A DNA stretch of 53,551 bases, filler included, from Sluysia triapertura (taxonomy: Eukaryota), in the NCBI GenBank assembly GCA_046118255.1. It is 4 parts of 4 records of this genome, joined end to end, with 100 filler letters (N's around TTAATTAATTAA, not from the genome) between each part and the next. Parts side by side here need not be neighbours in the genome. Positions count along the whole stretch, not along the records: positions 1 to 11,032 come from JBJNIA010189864.1; positions 11,133 to 24,258 come from JBJNIA010057989.1; 2 more parts are not named here. One strand, written 5' to 3'. The number at the start of each line of letters is the position of its first letter. The stretch's first letter is position 1. The notes below the pieces were generated by a model, which searched no databases, was not told the DNA's origin, and was given only the letters and a program-made list of their open reading frames with translations. Positions 1 through 12,709 of this stretch are shown here, piece by piece. A program made the translations under genes and the position numbers.

Positions 1-54
<54 letters not shown>

Positions 55-55
55 T
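1..55. repeat. (ATT)n microsatellite
   Basis: Pure ATT tandem repeat at the window start. Confidence 0.95.
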
Positions 56-439
56 ATTCAATAATATGCACTTTTATCAAATTAAGTTCATGTTTACATT
101 TATTTAATTAATAATTTAAATATAGACTATGTTATTGAAAATGATTCTTAGACTATCAAAAATTTAAAATGACAAAATTTAATTAAGAAATAAAATTATA
201 TTAGTTTTCTTTTTTATTAACAAAATATTAATATTAATATTGATAAATTTAATTTATAAATTTTAAATTTTTATTTAAAAATAGAAAAATTAAATTACCT
301 AGAGTGACTTATGTTTGATTAAATATGAGTCACAAATACGTAAAAAAATTACGCGCGAAAAAAGAAAATTTTATTAAATCGTTTTGGTAAAATATATAGT
401 TTTATAGCGGATAGTAGTTTCTTTATAAGTCACTTACGC

Positions 440-900
440 AATCCGATATCATGCAGATTTGTAACCACATCTACCAACTCTTCATTCCTCAAGCATATGT
501 AATTCATTTTGTATTTTATGTTTATTAATATAAATAACGAGCTTTTAATAGTATTCCCAAAACCAATAGTTCCGGCTACTGACGTTGTAGAATTTTGATT
601 GCCAATGATATACAATTATATTATGACTTGATATTCTGAAAGATCAGCTTCAGATAATGCGCACCAAACATTTGTGATTATCGAAAGTGTGATTGTGCAA
701 AATGAATGTGTTGTAATAATTGCCGTTTGTATGAGTTGAATTTCGTACAATTACACATAATTTCTTGAACGTCTTTTCATGTCTTTTACTACCATAACAC
801 ATCTGGTAAACGTTGACCTTATTCCATTGATTGTATTAATTAAGGAATTTTTCTTGGTTTAGATTATGTAATGTGAAGGTTTCCTCAGATTTATATGTCA
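440..900 (-). mobile_element. Possible highly decayed Helitron Pif1-helicase remnant
   Basis: Scattered minus-strand peptides (TAIITTHSF, LKLIF, IGNQNSTT, LRNE) loosely recall the order of Pif1 motifs; many stops and frameshifts. Confidence 0.25.
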
Positions 901-3900
901 ACTTGGATCTTATCAACGGTTATTTCCTTTTTAAATGGTAATTCAAGTTTTGGACTGTTGAAATGTGTTTCAATATAAGTACACGGAAAGGCACATTCAC
1001 AGACCAAGTGATACCCTATATTATTACCCTATATTTTATTTGTTAAATATAAAATTTACACAAGTTATTATTAATGTCGTCTTTCATGAATTAAATTTTA
1101 CGGTCAAAGCACTATGTGCAAAGTATAAAATAATTATTTCTATGATAAAACAATAATAATAAATTTTGTAAATGTAATAATAAAATAATAATAGAATAAT
1201 AAATACGAAAATTTTGGATAAAAAATCTACACAAGTAATTTTTTTGTGAATTTTATCTTAAACAATATCATACTGGTCATTAATAGAACGTATCGCTCAC
1301 TATTATAAAAAAAGTATTATTTTAATCAAATTTCGAGATACGGAATAAACTAGTACAATGATTAAGTTTTTGATATATAATTGTATTAAACTGTAATAAT
1401 CAATCTGATAATTATTTCTTATTATGAACCACGCGAAAAACCTGGATATGGTTACAGAATATTAATCACATTTACAAATATATTTAAACTAATGATTGAT
1501 CAAATCATATACAACCGGAAAGGCTACTCCATTCGCCAATATTATTCAATCCATTAAAATTATTTAAAGACAAATAATTTCGTATGAGTGTTTGTTTAAA
1601 ATTTTCGCTAGCATAAAGTTAGTTATAAAATCTCCTTAAATACAAAAGAAAGGCTACTAAGAAATCATTTTAATACGATAACATAGTATTGCTTATTATA
1701 TCATGTTATATTGCACCACACCACTACAAATACCATTACTTGCATATATATTGAAGTTGTATTTATTGATTACATTGAATTTAAGAAAATGGTTTCAATG
1801 GAAGAGTTTGAACCATTAAAAAGGGCTTTAAATTAAACATATATAGAATTCCTAAAGAAGATCATAAAATAAGTAAAATAATGTAAGAATAGAGGATTAC
1901 ATATATAAATATAAACCCTCGAAAAATGTACAGAGCTTTTAATTATAGCACATCAACATGACTGGTATTTACCAATAATTACGAACAATAGATCTATAGT
2001 TTTGTTTATATCTTAGATATTGAATGCATAATCGCATGGATTAGAATGGCTGAATAAGAATCTATTCATAAATTAAAATAAAGATGCTATAGATGTCGCA
2101 TAAATTATATTTTATTAGATTTTAAATTTAACAGCTTGCATTACAATATTTATTACTTAAGTAACGTGGAGTATAAAAGGTATAACATTGACAGAATCAA
2201 ATAAATTAATTATATAATAACTTAATGAATAAAATATTAATTATTTTAATAAAGATGAATAAAATATTGTCAAATATTTTTGCACTTAATGTTTTGTCAA
2301 CATTGAATAAGCAGAAAATATTTTAAGAAAAGTATAATAAAACTGTATAATTTTAAATTCAAGTAAAACAAAATTAAATATAGCCTATTACATTTAAACA
2401 AAAAGAAATATAATAAAGAAAAATTCAAGTCACAATCTAGTATGAATTTGCTTGAAATGTGGATTATTAGTAAGAAACATAAGCGTGAGAGTTAACTTGT
2501 TTACAATAAATTCAGAAAATGTTTGTAGACTGCAATATGTATATACTTTCAAAGATATATGGTTTTTAATTATGATTAAGATTTAAAATACAAACAATAT
2601 ATGTGCGCACAAAATGGGTAGACCTAAACTACGATTTATAATTTAGAGTCATGTGTTATATGTTGTAGTCACAACAAATAGGCGAGTAAATAAGTAACAA
2701 AGAAAGAACACGGAAATAATTTGCTTCACCTAAACTAATTGTTGTAATTACGATAAGCAAACCACCACGAATTTTTACATTTTTCTCTAATATTAATAAA
2801 AAGAAATCCACGTTAGCAAGAAATTATTTGTTTTCGTAATATCATAGAAACATTCATCCGTAATTGTAGTATATTTACTATAGTACTGACAAAGTTGATT
2901 TTCGTATATATGTAATCATTACTAGAATAAATCATTGTAACTTTACTTAAATTGGAACAGAATTATTTGTTGTTATTCAATAGAATTATCCTTCCATTTA
3001 CTAAAAATATTTAACTTTTTAATAATTCGATATGTAAACTTTATTTAGGATTTGAGTAAGTTTTATTAATATTAATTTTTTATAAATTAAATCAAACTAA
3101 TTTATTATTAATATCGTGGTATTTGGTACTTGAAAATGGAAAAACTAAATAATAAAACTTATTCAATATTATTTAAACTGTTGTAATCTTTATTGCATTT
3201 GTAAATTTGCTGACGATCAATAACTAGAAACGTTAACTTATAAATATCAGTTGTTTGCAGAATCTTTAAATTATGTCAAATGACTCAGTTATTTTGAATT
3301 ATATCGTTAGTTTATTAGAGATATAAATGCCACAAATATTATAGAAGTTGTTTATAATTATTCGAAGTTTCAAACGCTGCAGCTAAGCAAGTAGTTCATT
3401 ACTCCAAATAGTAATAATAATAAAGATAGTAATTAAAGAAATTAATAAAATTATTTTAATGGTAATAATTTTAACTATTTTAAATTGTATTTATTAAATT
3501 GAGGAAATAGTTCGCGTCTTGTGTTAAAATGATGCTTTTTTATATATTTTTGTGGTGCATGTGAAACTCACTGTGATCATTGTGACGATTATAAAAATAA
3601 TTGATTTGTTTCTAGTTTTAGATATCTGAATGCAAAGTCACAACTTTGTAAGATTCATGATTTTCTGACTCAATGTTGGAGATTATGGTTGCAATTTGTA
3701 ACATTGAAGGTGAAGGTACGGTGACAAATATTTCATACATTTAAATAAAGGTGATTTGGACACGTGAGACTTGAAAGCTGTTTTGGATATTTATCCATCA
3801 CCAAGAATTCGTAACTAACTGTTCTTGAATAAATTCTTTTATAAAAGTCATTGATTTAATACACTATACGAACTTTTCCCTCACAATTATAATTATAATT

Positions 3901-6900
3901 ATAATTTTATAATTATCAGGAGATTGAATTTGTCGTTCAATAAATAAAATTATAATAAAGTCTTGATGCCTAAAGATTTTAAATAAAAAGAGCAACGTTC
4001 AAAATAAATATGGAGTGACGCACACAACCAAGAGACTTATTATGAATTTATTCAACAATTAATAAAGAGGCAGATTATTGTTGTCATTAAAGAACGAAAT
4101 AGTCGATATACAATTCGGGTTTCAATTGTTTTAGAATATTCGTTAGTGATATAAAGAAAGAGATTTTGTTTTACTTCAAGAAATCTAAATAATTTTTGAA
4201 TTCACAATCTTGATTCGATTATTTTCAAGAACCATAGAACATCGTTTCGAAATTGACGTTATTGATACTTGTAAGAATTTAATTTTAAAGACCATATTAA
4301 AATAAAATAAATTTATAATATTTGGGTAATTTAATATATTGTAAAATCAAAAGTTTAGAGTTAATATATTAACATTTTTGTTTGATTAGCTACAATTATG
4401 TACTTCTGTCCTTATTCTTGTACCGATATATTTGTGTATGGAATTATAATTATAATTATAATTATAAAATTATAAAATTATTATTTTTGTGAATTGTTAT
4501 CATTAACCGTTTCTTATTATTAGATATTACAATAAAATTAATTTAATAAGTCGTTACGTATTAAGAATTTAATAATTTAATTTAGAAAAATTACTAATTA
4601 AACTAATTATTAATTAAATTACTAATTAATTTTCAATTTAAATTTAAAATATTTTAGTTTATATTTTAATTAATTAAATTAATTATTATAGTTTTTAATT
4701 ACTTTAATTATAAAAGTGATCATTTTAAATTTGATTAAATCTTAATTCTCTATACTCAAAATATGGATAAAACTAATTATAGATAAAATATCGATTTATA
4801 ACAAATAATATCTAAATAGTTTATCGAAATGCGCTCACTTGTAATTAATAATCATGAATTAATAATTAATGTTTTCGAAATAATCTTAACTATTGGAAGA
4901 GTATTTGAAAAAATTTAATAATTTATTTTAAATAAAGTGCTTTTTCAGAAAAATTTTCGCATTCTGACGATATAAACTCATTATCCGCCGCAATTCAAAA
5001 ATACAAAAAATTAAATTAACTGTATAATGTTATACTATTCAAATGTCATAATTGTTATTGTTTTTAATACTTTCATGAAGCACGAGATGTGATTTCATTA
5101 TTATAATGTTTGTATTTTTATTTAAAAGTTGTTATTGAAAGAAAAAATTCTAAAATATCCCCAAAATCATAAACATTATTTAATCCACAGTGATTATAAA
5201 CACAATCAAAAAATCAATACAAATGTATAAACTAATCATTAATGTTATTGTGAAATTATTCCCTTTTATACTTTTCTACAAATATTACATAATATCTAAT
5301 TAATTTTTTTAATTCCATTCTAAAATATTTATTCTACAGCTAATTTTATTATGTGGCCAATTTATTTCTAAATTAACTAATTTCAAAGTATATATTGTTA
5401 CACTATTGTATTATAATACGATTTATTTTATGTTTTAAAATAATAATAATTATTATTATTGTACGCTATATATATGGGTAATCAAGAAATTTTTGTGAAT
5501 AATACTTTATTAAATATTTATAAGATATATTTTGATATTTTATAATCTAGATAAATATTATCAAATTAGATAATATTAAATTATACTCTTTTCTCTAATA
5601 TATCTTTAAAAGTTGAATTAGAAAAATGTAAAACTATATCTTATTTTTCAGATAGTACACTGTTGTAATAAATTAATATTTAATGTGGAATTATTGATTA
5701 AAATGTCAGGCTAACAATTAGTGATTAATTATTGTTACTAAATATATTAAGGTGTATCAGTCTTATTTTAGTAATAGAAAAACACAAACAATCTCATTTT
5801 CAACATCAGCATTACATTCAACATTATATTGGAGTTGTTAGAAAATAAGGATGGATCAATATTTTCTAAAGTTTTACAAAAAATTTGAAGTACAATTATT
5901 AAATAATTTAATTAAAATTGTTTGAAAATCATTTTTACTCAATAACTTTTCGTACGAATGAGCATTATATACAATGAAATTTACGAACAGCTAGGTAATA
6001 CAAAACTAGTCACTGCAGATAACGTTACATCATTTGTTTCAATTATTTATCTTTATAAAGTTAAATTTCTGTGATATAATGAGCAAACGCAGTAACAGTA
6101 TATATGTGAAATTAATGTTCGTTAAGAGATCATTTTGTGCAAAATATCGAAATTAACATGTAACGTATAATGCATTGTATGAAAGCTTTTGGAAATAGCT
6201 TTCCATTTGAATAGATTTGTATTCACTTTAATTTGATATATTATTATAAATGTTACATTAAATTTTAACTTTGTTATTTTCAAAATATGAGTTTGTTTGT
6301 CACAAATCTCATTATTTTTGGAAAATTGTTAAATAATACTAAGATAGAATTTCGATAGAAATTAATGTTCAAATTTAATTATTATAAACCGACTCGAAGA
6401 ATTAAGATGTAATGTCGACATGAACAATAAATGCCAAAATTCCGATTTTCTAGCAATTATCCAAACACTATATATAGAACTATATTTTGTTATCATTTTA
6501 AGCAGAAATATTTGAAATATTTTATTATTCTCTTCTGCTCAATAATGCATTAATGACAAACATTGATCGAATCTCAAAATTTTTAACTGATTTATTCATG
6601 ATTAGTTGTGATTTAAGTCTTTTGTTAATTTATTGTTATTTGGGTTATAATATTTACATAAGTTGTGTCACTCCTGGAATTGAGTTTTATAATTGATTTA
6701 GATTTTTCTAAGAGTGATTTACTTCGAGTTATACTTGAGATTGATTTATAGTGAATTAAAATTAACTACAATGTAAAGACAAATTTCTATTATTATGTAT
6801 TTTGCGATAAAGTTTAGAATATAGTGAGAATTGTGTTAGAATTGTTTAACTTATTATAGATAATCTTATATTCAATAATAATAAAATCTATAATAATTAT

Positions 6901-7109
6901 TTTGTACTATGAATATAATTTAATTTAGTATAATAATTGATATAATAGTTTTTAAGTAAATTTTTATTTTATGTCAATAAAATAATATGTTCTATAAAAA
7001 TATGTTTTATATTATGTCAATAAAATCTAAAAATAAGTGTACATAAAATCAATAAATGTGTTCTTATAATATCATACGGTATTATTACCTTGTGAAAAAA
7101 TAAAGAGAT

Positions 7110-7480
7110 TTAGTTGTTTAGGAAACCTCCACTTCATATTCTTCTCTGCTTACAACTTAGCCCTTAAGTGTGTAAGACTATGATTTAAGGAACTCACCAA
7201 ATAATGCAAAATTCTTGCATTTATTACCTACATCAGATCCGATGATTTTAAAATTGTGTATCTTAAAAGCAAGTCATCATGATCATGTTAAGGATCCTCA
7301 ATCATTTTAGAATTATGTGTAGAAAAGGAATTTGATAAAGCATAATCAAAAAATCTGTATAAAATCCAAATTTTTGTTACTAAATCATAATTCTATAACT
7401 TCTCAGTACACTCAATCTTCGATCAGTTTTCTTCCTATAAAATAAGACTTAAATGGAATGAACAATCTGGTATGGTTAAA
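7110..7480 (-). mobile_element. Decayed non-LTR (LINE) reverse transcriptase fragment
   Basis: Minus-strand fragments YQIVHSI and KFGF resemble RT YRPISL and QFGF; no intact frame. Confidence 0.3.
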
Positions 7481-9299
7481 GTTTTATCGATGAAATTGTG
7501 GCTCAATAAGCTGAATCTTTTAAAAATTTGTCACGATTTTAATGAGTATTTATTATTTTATACAATCATATGTCTAAGATTTGATATTTCTAACTGTAAA
7601 TATTTATTACATCAATTATTTGCTACTTTGTGTGAAAATCGTGATAATTTCGCTGACAATTTTAATCTAAAATATAACGAAACATGTTTAAGTAATGAAA
7701 CAAAATATTTTACTTCTTCAGGTTTAATAAAGATAATAAGATAATGTTTCAGGTTTAATGTTTAATAATGATAACATAAACGATATATCTGTTAAATATA
7801 TGCACTATAAACAATTGAATTTTAAACAACTGAATTTATGATTTAAATATTAATGTGTCCTAAATATTTATTATATGTACGAATTTATGATAGTGTTTAA
7901 ATCATAATATCATAATGCGTTTTAATAATATCTATATTTTAAATACTAATATATTTTAAATATTATGTGTTATTTGGAATATTTAACCAATATTTATTTG
8001 GATCTGATCTATTTTATTTTACGTATTTGGATTTAAACTATTGGATTATTTATGTAAATTTAAGTTTTTGTTTTATCATGTCATGCATCAAAGTAAAATC
8101 AAATCTATTGTAAATATAATAGATATTTGTAACTAATCACACAATACAGTTGTAACTAATTTTTCAAGAAATAAAGGCATAAATTCTTTTCAAAGTTTTG
8201 AGTGAATATCATATTCGACTGGCAGCTACCATTTTGAGTGATATTTGAATTGATTCAACGCATTATTCGTATTCGATGGTTTTTAATTATGTTTCCGTAT
8301 TATTTATGTACGTTCGTAGACTCTTACGTAAAATCTTATGTTTAAATTTTTGCAGAACCATTTAAAAGGTTCTAATTAAAATCACGTTTAAATAAGAACG
8401 ATCATGTAAATCAGGTCGTTAATCAGGTAAATTATATTCATAACCTTGAAACATTCATAATAATTGTAAAAAGTTCTTATTTTTATTTTATTTAATATAT
8501 AATTATTTTTATTTGAAACATTGTATCTTAAAAAGTTAAATTTGATCTTATTTTAAAAAGATCATTAATAATTTATATATTATCAATTTATTTAAAATAG
8601 TCCTTGAATAAAATTTTGAAACCGATTTTTCATATCGGAATTTGTAAAATATAGAATTTGTAGATCATATTTAAGAATGATTTCATTCGATAACATATTG
8701 AATATAACCAAACTTATTTACGAATTTCAATAATAATTATCATTTAATAACTAAGCTCGATTTGAAGGAATTATATTAAAATTAGCAAACATAGTTAAAC
8801 ATTAAGATATAAGTCATTGAGGACTATAATTAACCTCCAGTAAGTGTTCATTACCACTTTTACTTAAAATTCTATGGACTAGCCGTAACTCGTAGAACTA
8901 GGATCGTAGATGAACTCAAGGAAAATCCAAAGCACTGTACTGTCACAGACATTTCAACATATCTAACCGTATAAAATATCATGCGATGAAGTATGTCAAA
9001 ATTTTACTTTACCAACGTGTTAATCATCTAATTAAAAACTTAAGAATTAACAATAATTATGAAAAATGCAACAATACCTTCTTAAATTCGATAAATATAA
9101 TTATGAGCCGTCTCAGTACTTATTTAATCTTTATGATGTCGAACAATAATTGCATATTAAAATTAAGCACAATGGCTCTTGAAATTCAGATAAGCCCTAG
9201 TCTTTACCTTAATTCTGAATTTAGTTTGAAGTACTTATAAGAACTAAAGAAAACATCTATTTTACAATATATGAAGCAAATTATGTTTGTAGTTTGCCT

Positions 9300-9760
9300 T
9301 TAAATAGTATCGAATGCATATTACTAGAACTATTTAAATATACGCAGGACTCATAGCGTCATTATGAAGAAGGGTGCTAAAACACTGAGTCAAGATAAAA
9401 ATTCCTTTGAAATCATACTGTATCTAAACAATGTCTCTTTACATTCCAAACTCAATTCATAGTCCATCTAGATACACACTAGACAGAACTCGAATTTTCA
9501 ATTTAAGTCCGATATTTTCTAACTCGGTATTTCACACAGATTCTTCAAGGATTATGGACCCTTTTCTCATGCAGATTTACATATGCAATCAAATTTAACA
9601 GAAGACAAACTGAAAAAATTGACATAAGACGTTCAACGCCAAGCAATTCACATTTGAACACACGAATATTAACTGTGTTAAAAAAGTCATTCATTACATT
9701 AAAATTGTCATATGTAAGCCGAGTACTGCAACTAAACCCATTCGGTTTTCTTACCTTGCA
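9300..9760 (-). mobile_element. Decayed non-LTR (LINE) reverse transcriptase fragment
   Basis: Minus-strand fragments KYRVRKY and KGI..SVLAPFF resemble YRPI and GVPQGSVLAP; frameshifted. Confidence 0.3.
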
Positions 9761-10946
9761 TCAGAGTTAAGTTAAGAAATCTTCAGATAATATTAAACAT
9801 TTTTGATATCTAAAAGAAAATGTTTTTTTCAATTTCAGACATCAAAAACAATGATGCAGCATATTATATTTATTTAGATAAAAACTGCAATAAATGCATA
9901 ATTTATTTTGTTGCAATCTATATGTGAAAAAATTTTCTTACTTTGTTATTACAAAATTTTTAATAATTTAAAATTTTATGTACTTTCCGATAAAAATATA
10001 ATTTCTCTTTTGCTAAATACAAGTACTTGCTTATCAGATTATGTTTTTAAGTAAAATGACAATAAATATTTAATATTTTCTTTAATATAAATATGTAAGT
10101 AAATATACAAATAATTAAACAATGATTTCAAAACATAATCATTAATATCATATTATTATAGTATATATTAAATTATTATAAAACATAAATTATTATAAAT
10201 AGTATATTACTCAAAATATATAATATAAAAATTAAGTTTAAAATACAATTGTTGTTTTATGTGAATAATAGACATTATATTCAATAACATTAATTATCCA
10301 TCATTCTATATAAATATTAAATCTGAATATTAAGTAATAAAAACTTTACTTGCTGCTATGATTTATTATTATAAATAAATTATTATAACAAATGAACAAA
10401 TGAAAAATGAAACAAAAATATTTAAGCTTTTAAAATTAGATTTAGAAATTAAATTAAAAAAGTGGAAAATGTATATACTTTAAAAATTTTGAATATAATA
10501 TATACATATATTTAAAATATTAAAAATATACTATATTGATTTTTAATAATGCATAAAATTTTAATGGCTTTTAAAATGCATTGTTTTAACAACACTTTGT
10601 ACATTTTGACGAAATCTTTCTAATAGACCAAGACAAAATTCCTTTTATTAATTTTATTGAGTAAATTTAAAAAATAAATAGAAATATAGTCAATAATTTT
10701 CAAAAAAATAAAAATGACTTTAAAATTTATTATATATTTTTTCAGTACATAATATATTATTCAGCATTGTTTGACTTTAGACATTAATAATATAATTTAT
10801 TTATATAAAATAAGCACTCACAACAATGAATATTCAAATAATATTGTTTAAAGAAAAGAACTTTATATTTTTAAATTTTAAATTTGACATCTAATATATT
10901 TTGTTTGTATATTTTGAAAGAAGCGGTATTAATTATTAATTATCTT

Positions 10947-10986
10947 TTATTATTGTTATTATTATTATTACTATTATTATTATTAC

Positions 10987-11032
<46 letters not shown>
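10947..11032. repeat. (TTA)n microsatellite at contig end
   Basis: Tandem TTA/CTA repeat; it produces the spurious poly-Leu ORF at 10884. Confidence 0.95.
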
Positions 11033-11132
11033 NNNNNNNNNNNNNNNNNNNNNNNNNNNNNNNNNNNNNNNNNNNNTTAATTAATTAANNNNNNNNNNNN
11101 NNNNNNNNNNNNNNNNNNNNNNNNNNNNNNNN
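11033..11132. other. Artificial contig linker (44 N + TTAATTAATTAA + 44 N)
   Basis: The same 100-nt spacer occurs three times; TTAATTAATTAA puts stops in all six frames. Confidence 0.97.
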
Positions 11133-11145
11133 AAAAAAAGCAAGC
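11133..11145 (+). repeat. Left inverted terminal repeat AAAAAAAGCAAGC
   Basis: Exact reverse complement of 24246-24258. Confidence 0.9.
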
Positions 11146-11196
11146 CCAAGGGAAATTTTCTTTTTTCCCCATTTACTAGTAAATTGCTAGTGGGCT
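11143..11196 (-). terminator. Terminal hairpin cluster, possible terminator or origin structure
   Basis: AGCCCA (11143-11148) pairs with TGGGCT (11191-11196); internal GGGAAA/TTTCCC stem and perfect palindrome ATTTACTAGTAAAT (11171-11184); a T-run follows on the minus strand. Confidence 0.35.
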
Positions 11197-11204
11197 ATAT
11201 TTAA

Positions 11205-11492
11205 TTAAAAGTATGTTAGGTGTTCTTGTTGTTTAGTCCCTTCTTGTTCAGCTTTTTTAATCACATTATTAAACATGTCTACTAGTTCACAATACATAGC
11301 ACAACAACCATATCTTAAGTGATTATATTTTAGAGCTAGTATTTCATCTTTCATTTCTTTTAGTTCTTGTAGTGCTAGCTTTGTCCCTTTTAGAAAATAG
11401 CCACCATAATATCTATTAGGGAGTGTGTAATAATGAGCTAGATTTTTCATTATTGTAGTAGCACTTCTTTTTTTGTTGTTGTTATTTGTCAT
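11205..11492 (-). CDS. Phage small hypothetical protein (95 aa), probably early
   Basis: ORF with AAAAGGA RBS and its own consensus promoter at 11537-11564. Confidence 0.8.
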   Translation of the reverse strand: MTNNNNKKRSATTIMKNLAHYYTLPNRYYGGYFLKGTKLALQELKEMKDEILALKYNHLRYGCCAMYCELVDMFNNVIKKAEQEGTKQQEHLTYF

Positions 11493-11536
11493 ATGTATTT
11501 GTCCTTTTCCTGAAACTATTTTTAGTTTCTAATTAT

Positions 11537-11564
11537 ATTATATATTATTTACTAGTAATGTCAA
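11537..11564 (-). promoter_or_regulatory. Sigma70-type promoter TTGACA-N16-TATAAT
   Basis: Perfect -35 and -10 hexamers on the minus strand upstream of ORF 11492. Confidence 0.75.
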
Positions 11565-11572
11565 TAGTTTTT

Positions 11573-11794
11573 TTAATTATTTTTTGTATTGATGATTTCA
11601 TATATTTCAAAATCTAAATCATCTATAGCTTCATTTACTTTTTGGAAAGCATCAATTAATTTATCTAGTTGTGATTTGGAAAATCTCCTACTAGCTTCAT
11701 CTTTGATATTATCATATAGATTAATTATTCTAGTATTTTGATTTAATAAATCATCTAGAAATTGTTTTTGTCTTTCATTTAAATTAAAGTTCAT
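11573..11794 (-). CDS. Phage small acidic helical hypothetical protein (73 aa)
   Basis: ORF with AGAAGGA RBS, starting 1 nt after the upstream gene's TAA. Confidence 0.8.
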   Translation of the reverse strand: MNFNLNERQKQFLDDLLNQNTRIINLYDNIKDEASRRFSKSQLDKLIDAFQKVNEAIDDLDFEIYEIINTKNN

Positions 11795-11795
11795 A

Positions 11796-12065
11796 TTATT
11801 TTCCTTCTCTTTCTATTCATTGTCCAGTTTTTCAATCTTTAACACCATCTAGACAATCTTTTATATTTTTTTCTAAACATCATAAAATAAATCTTGTTTT
11901 TCTTACTTCTATTCTAACTTTTGATAATTCAATCTTACATAATAAAAGTTCATCAGTAGTTAGATATTTTTTAATCATTGTTAAACTTTTTTGTTTTTTT
12001 AATAACTTCATATTGTAGTTATAATATTTTCTATATTCTTTTTCTTTTTCTAGTTTGTAGTTCAT
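11796..12065 (-). CDS. Phage basic hypothetical protein (89 aa, code 4)
   Basis: MNYKLEKEKEY...FILWCLEKNIKDCLDGVKDWKTGQWIEREGK; 3 in-frame TGA; GAAAGG RBS; TAA ends 1 nt before the next ATG. Confidence 0.8.
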
Positions 12066-12078
12066 TTTATTTACCTTT

Positions 12079-12387
12079 CTATTGTTGTCACACATATAAT
12101 ATTTTTTCATTATTCATAATATCAAATTGAGATTTTAACCCAAAAATATATGAATAATTAACATCTTCACATGATAAATAAATCTCTTGTAAATATTCCC
12201 TTAATTTTGCTCCATCAGGGCATATTTCTAATAGATTTCATATAATAATTTTACTATTTAGAAAGTTTCATATTCTCCCTACTTGATTGTCTTTTGTCAT
12301 TTCATATTGATTAGTTAACAATGCTAATTCATATTCTTTTTGAATAAATAAATTAATCATGTGTTCTACTCTTTGCTTTGTGTTCAT
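12079..12387 (-). CDS. Phage hypothetical protein (102 aa, code 4), absent from the ORF track
   Basis: AAGGAG RBS; MNTKQRVEHMINLFIQKEYELALL...ILYVWQQ; 3 in-frame TGA; TAG stop overlaps the next gene's RBS. Confidence 0.8.
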
Positions 12388-12439
12388 TTGGAACTCCTTG
12401 TAATTTTTCTAGAAAGCCTTTTTATAACTTTCTAGTTTA

Positions 12440-12467
12440 ATTTTACTAGATAAAAAATAAATGTCAA
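12440..12467 (-). promoter_or_regulatory. Sigma70-type promoter TTGACA-N16-TAAAAT for the leftward operon
   Basis: Near-consensus hexamers about 50 nt upstream of ATG 12387. Confidence 0.65.
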
Positions 12468-12509
12468 GAAAAATAATAAAAATTTTTCTAGTTTCGTATA
12501 TAATGCGAG

Positions 12510-12665
12510 TAAGGGCTTATTGTTGCTAGAAAATAAAACACACGGAGCCGTCTAATGAAAAAAGAAGCGAAAATTACCAAAAATAACAATTTTTTTGGCT
12601 CCTTTAAAGCACTAATTTTTATTAATTTAATAATTAACTAGCAAGAGAAAAAACAACCCCCTCCC
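12510..12665 (+). ncRNA. Candidate structured RNA (possible packaging RNA, pRNA)
   Basis: TATAAT at 12499-12504; nested stems AGGG/CCCT, TTGCTAG (12523-12529)/CTAGCAA (12638-12644), GGAGCC (12544-12549)/GGCTCC (12597-12602); largest non-coding gap in the phage. Confidence 0.35.
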
Positions 12666-12675
12666 ATATTAAATA

Positions 12676-12703
12676 TTGCTTTTAGAATAAGAAATGCTAT
12701 AAT
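12676..12703 (+). promoter_or_regulatory. Extended -10 promoter (TTGCTT-N16, TGCTATAAT), probably leaderless
   Basis: TGnTATAAT ends 6 nt before ATG 12710; no SD sequence. Confidence 0.65.
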
Positions 12704-12709
12704 GTAATT

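Noticed and set aside
1300-2100. Possible densovirus NS1-like remnant
   Set aside because: Only vague motif resemblance and no sustained reading frame.
3970-4260. Possible BEL/Pao retrotransposon C-terminal remnant
   Set aside because: Similarity (IVVIKE) is too short to support.
10884-11084. Poly-Leu ORF
   Set aside because: Translation of a TTA microsatellite running into Ns.
11077-11088. TTAATTAATTAA as a biological repeat or piggyBac target site
   Set aside because: It is centred identically in three 100-nt N spacers, so it is an assembly linker.
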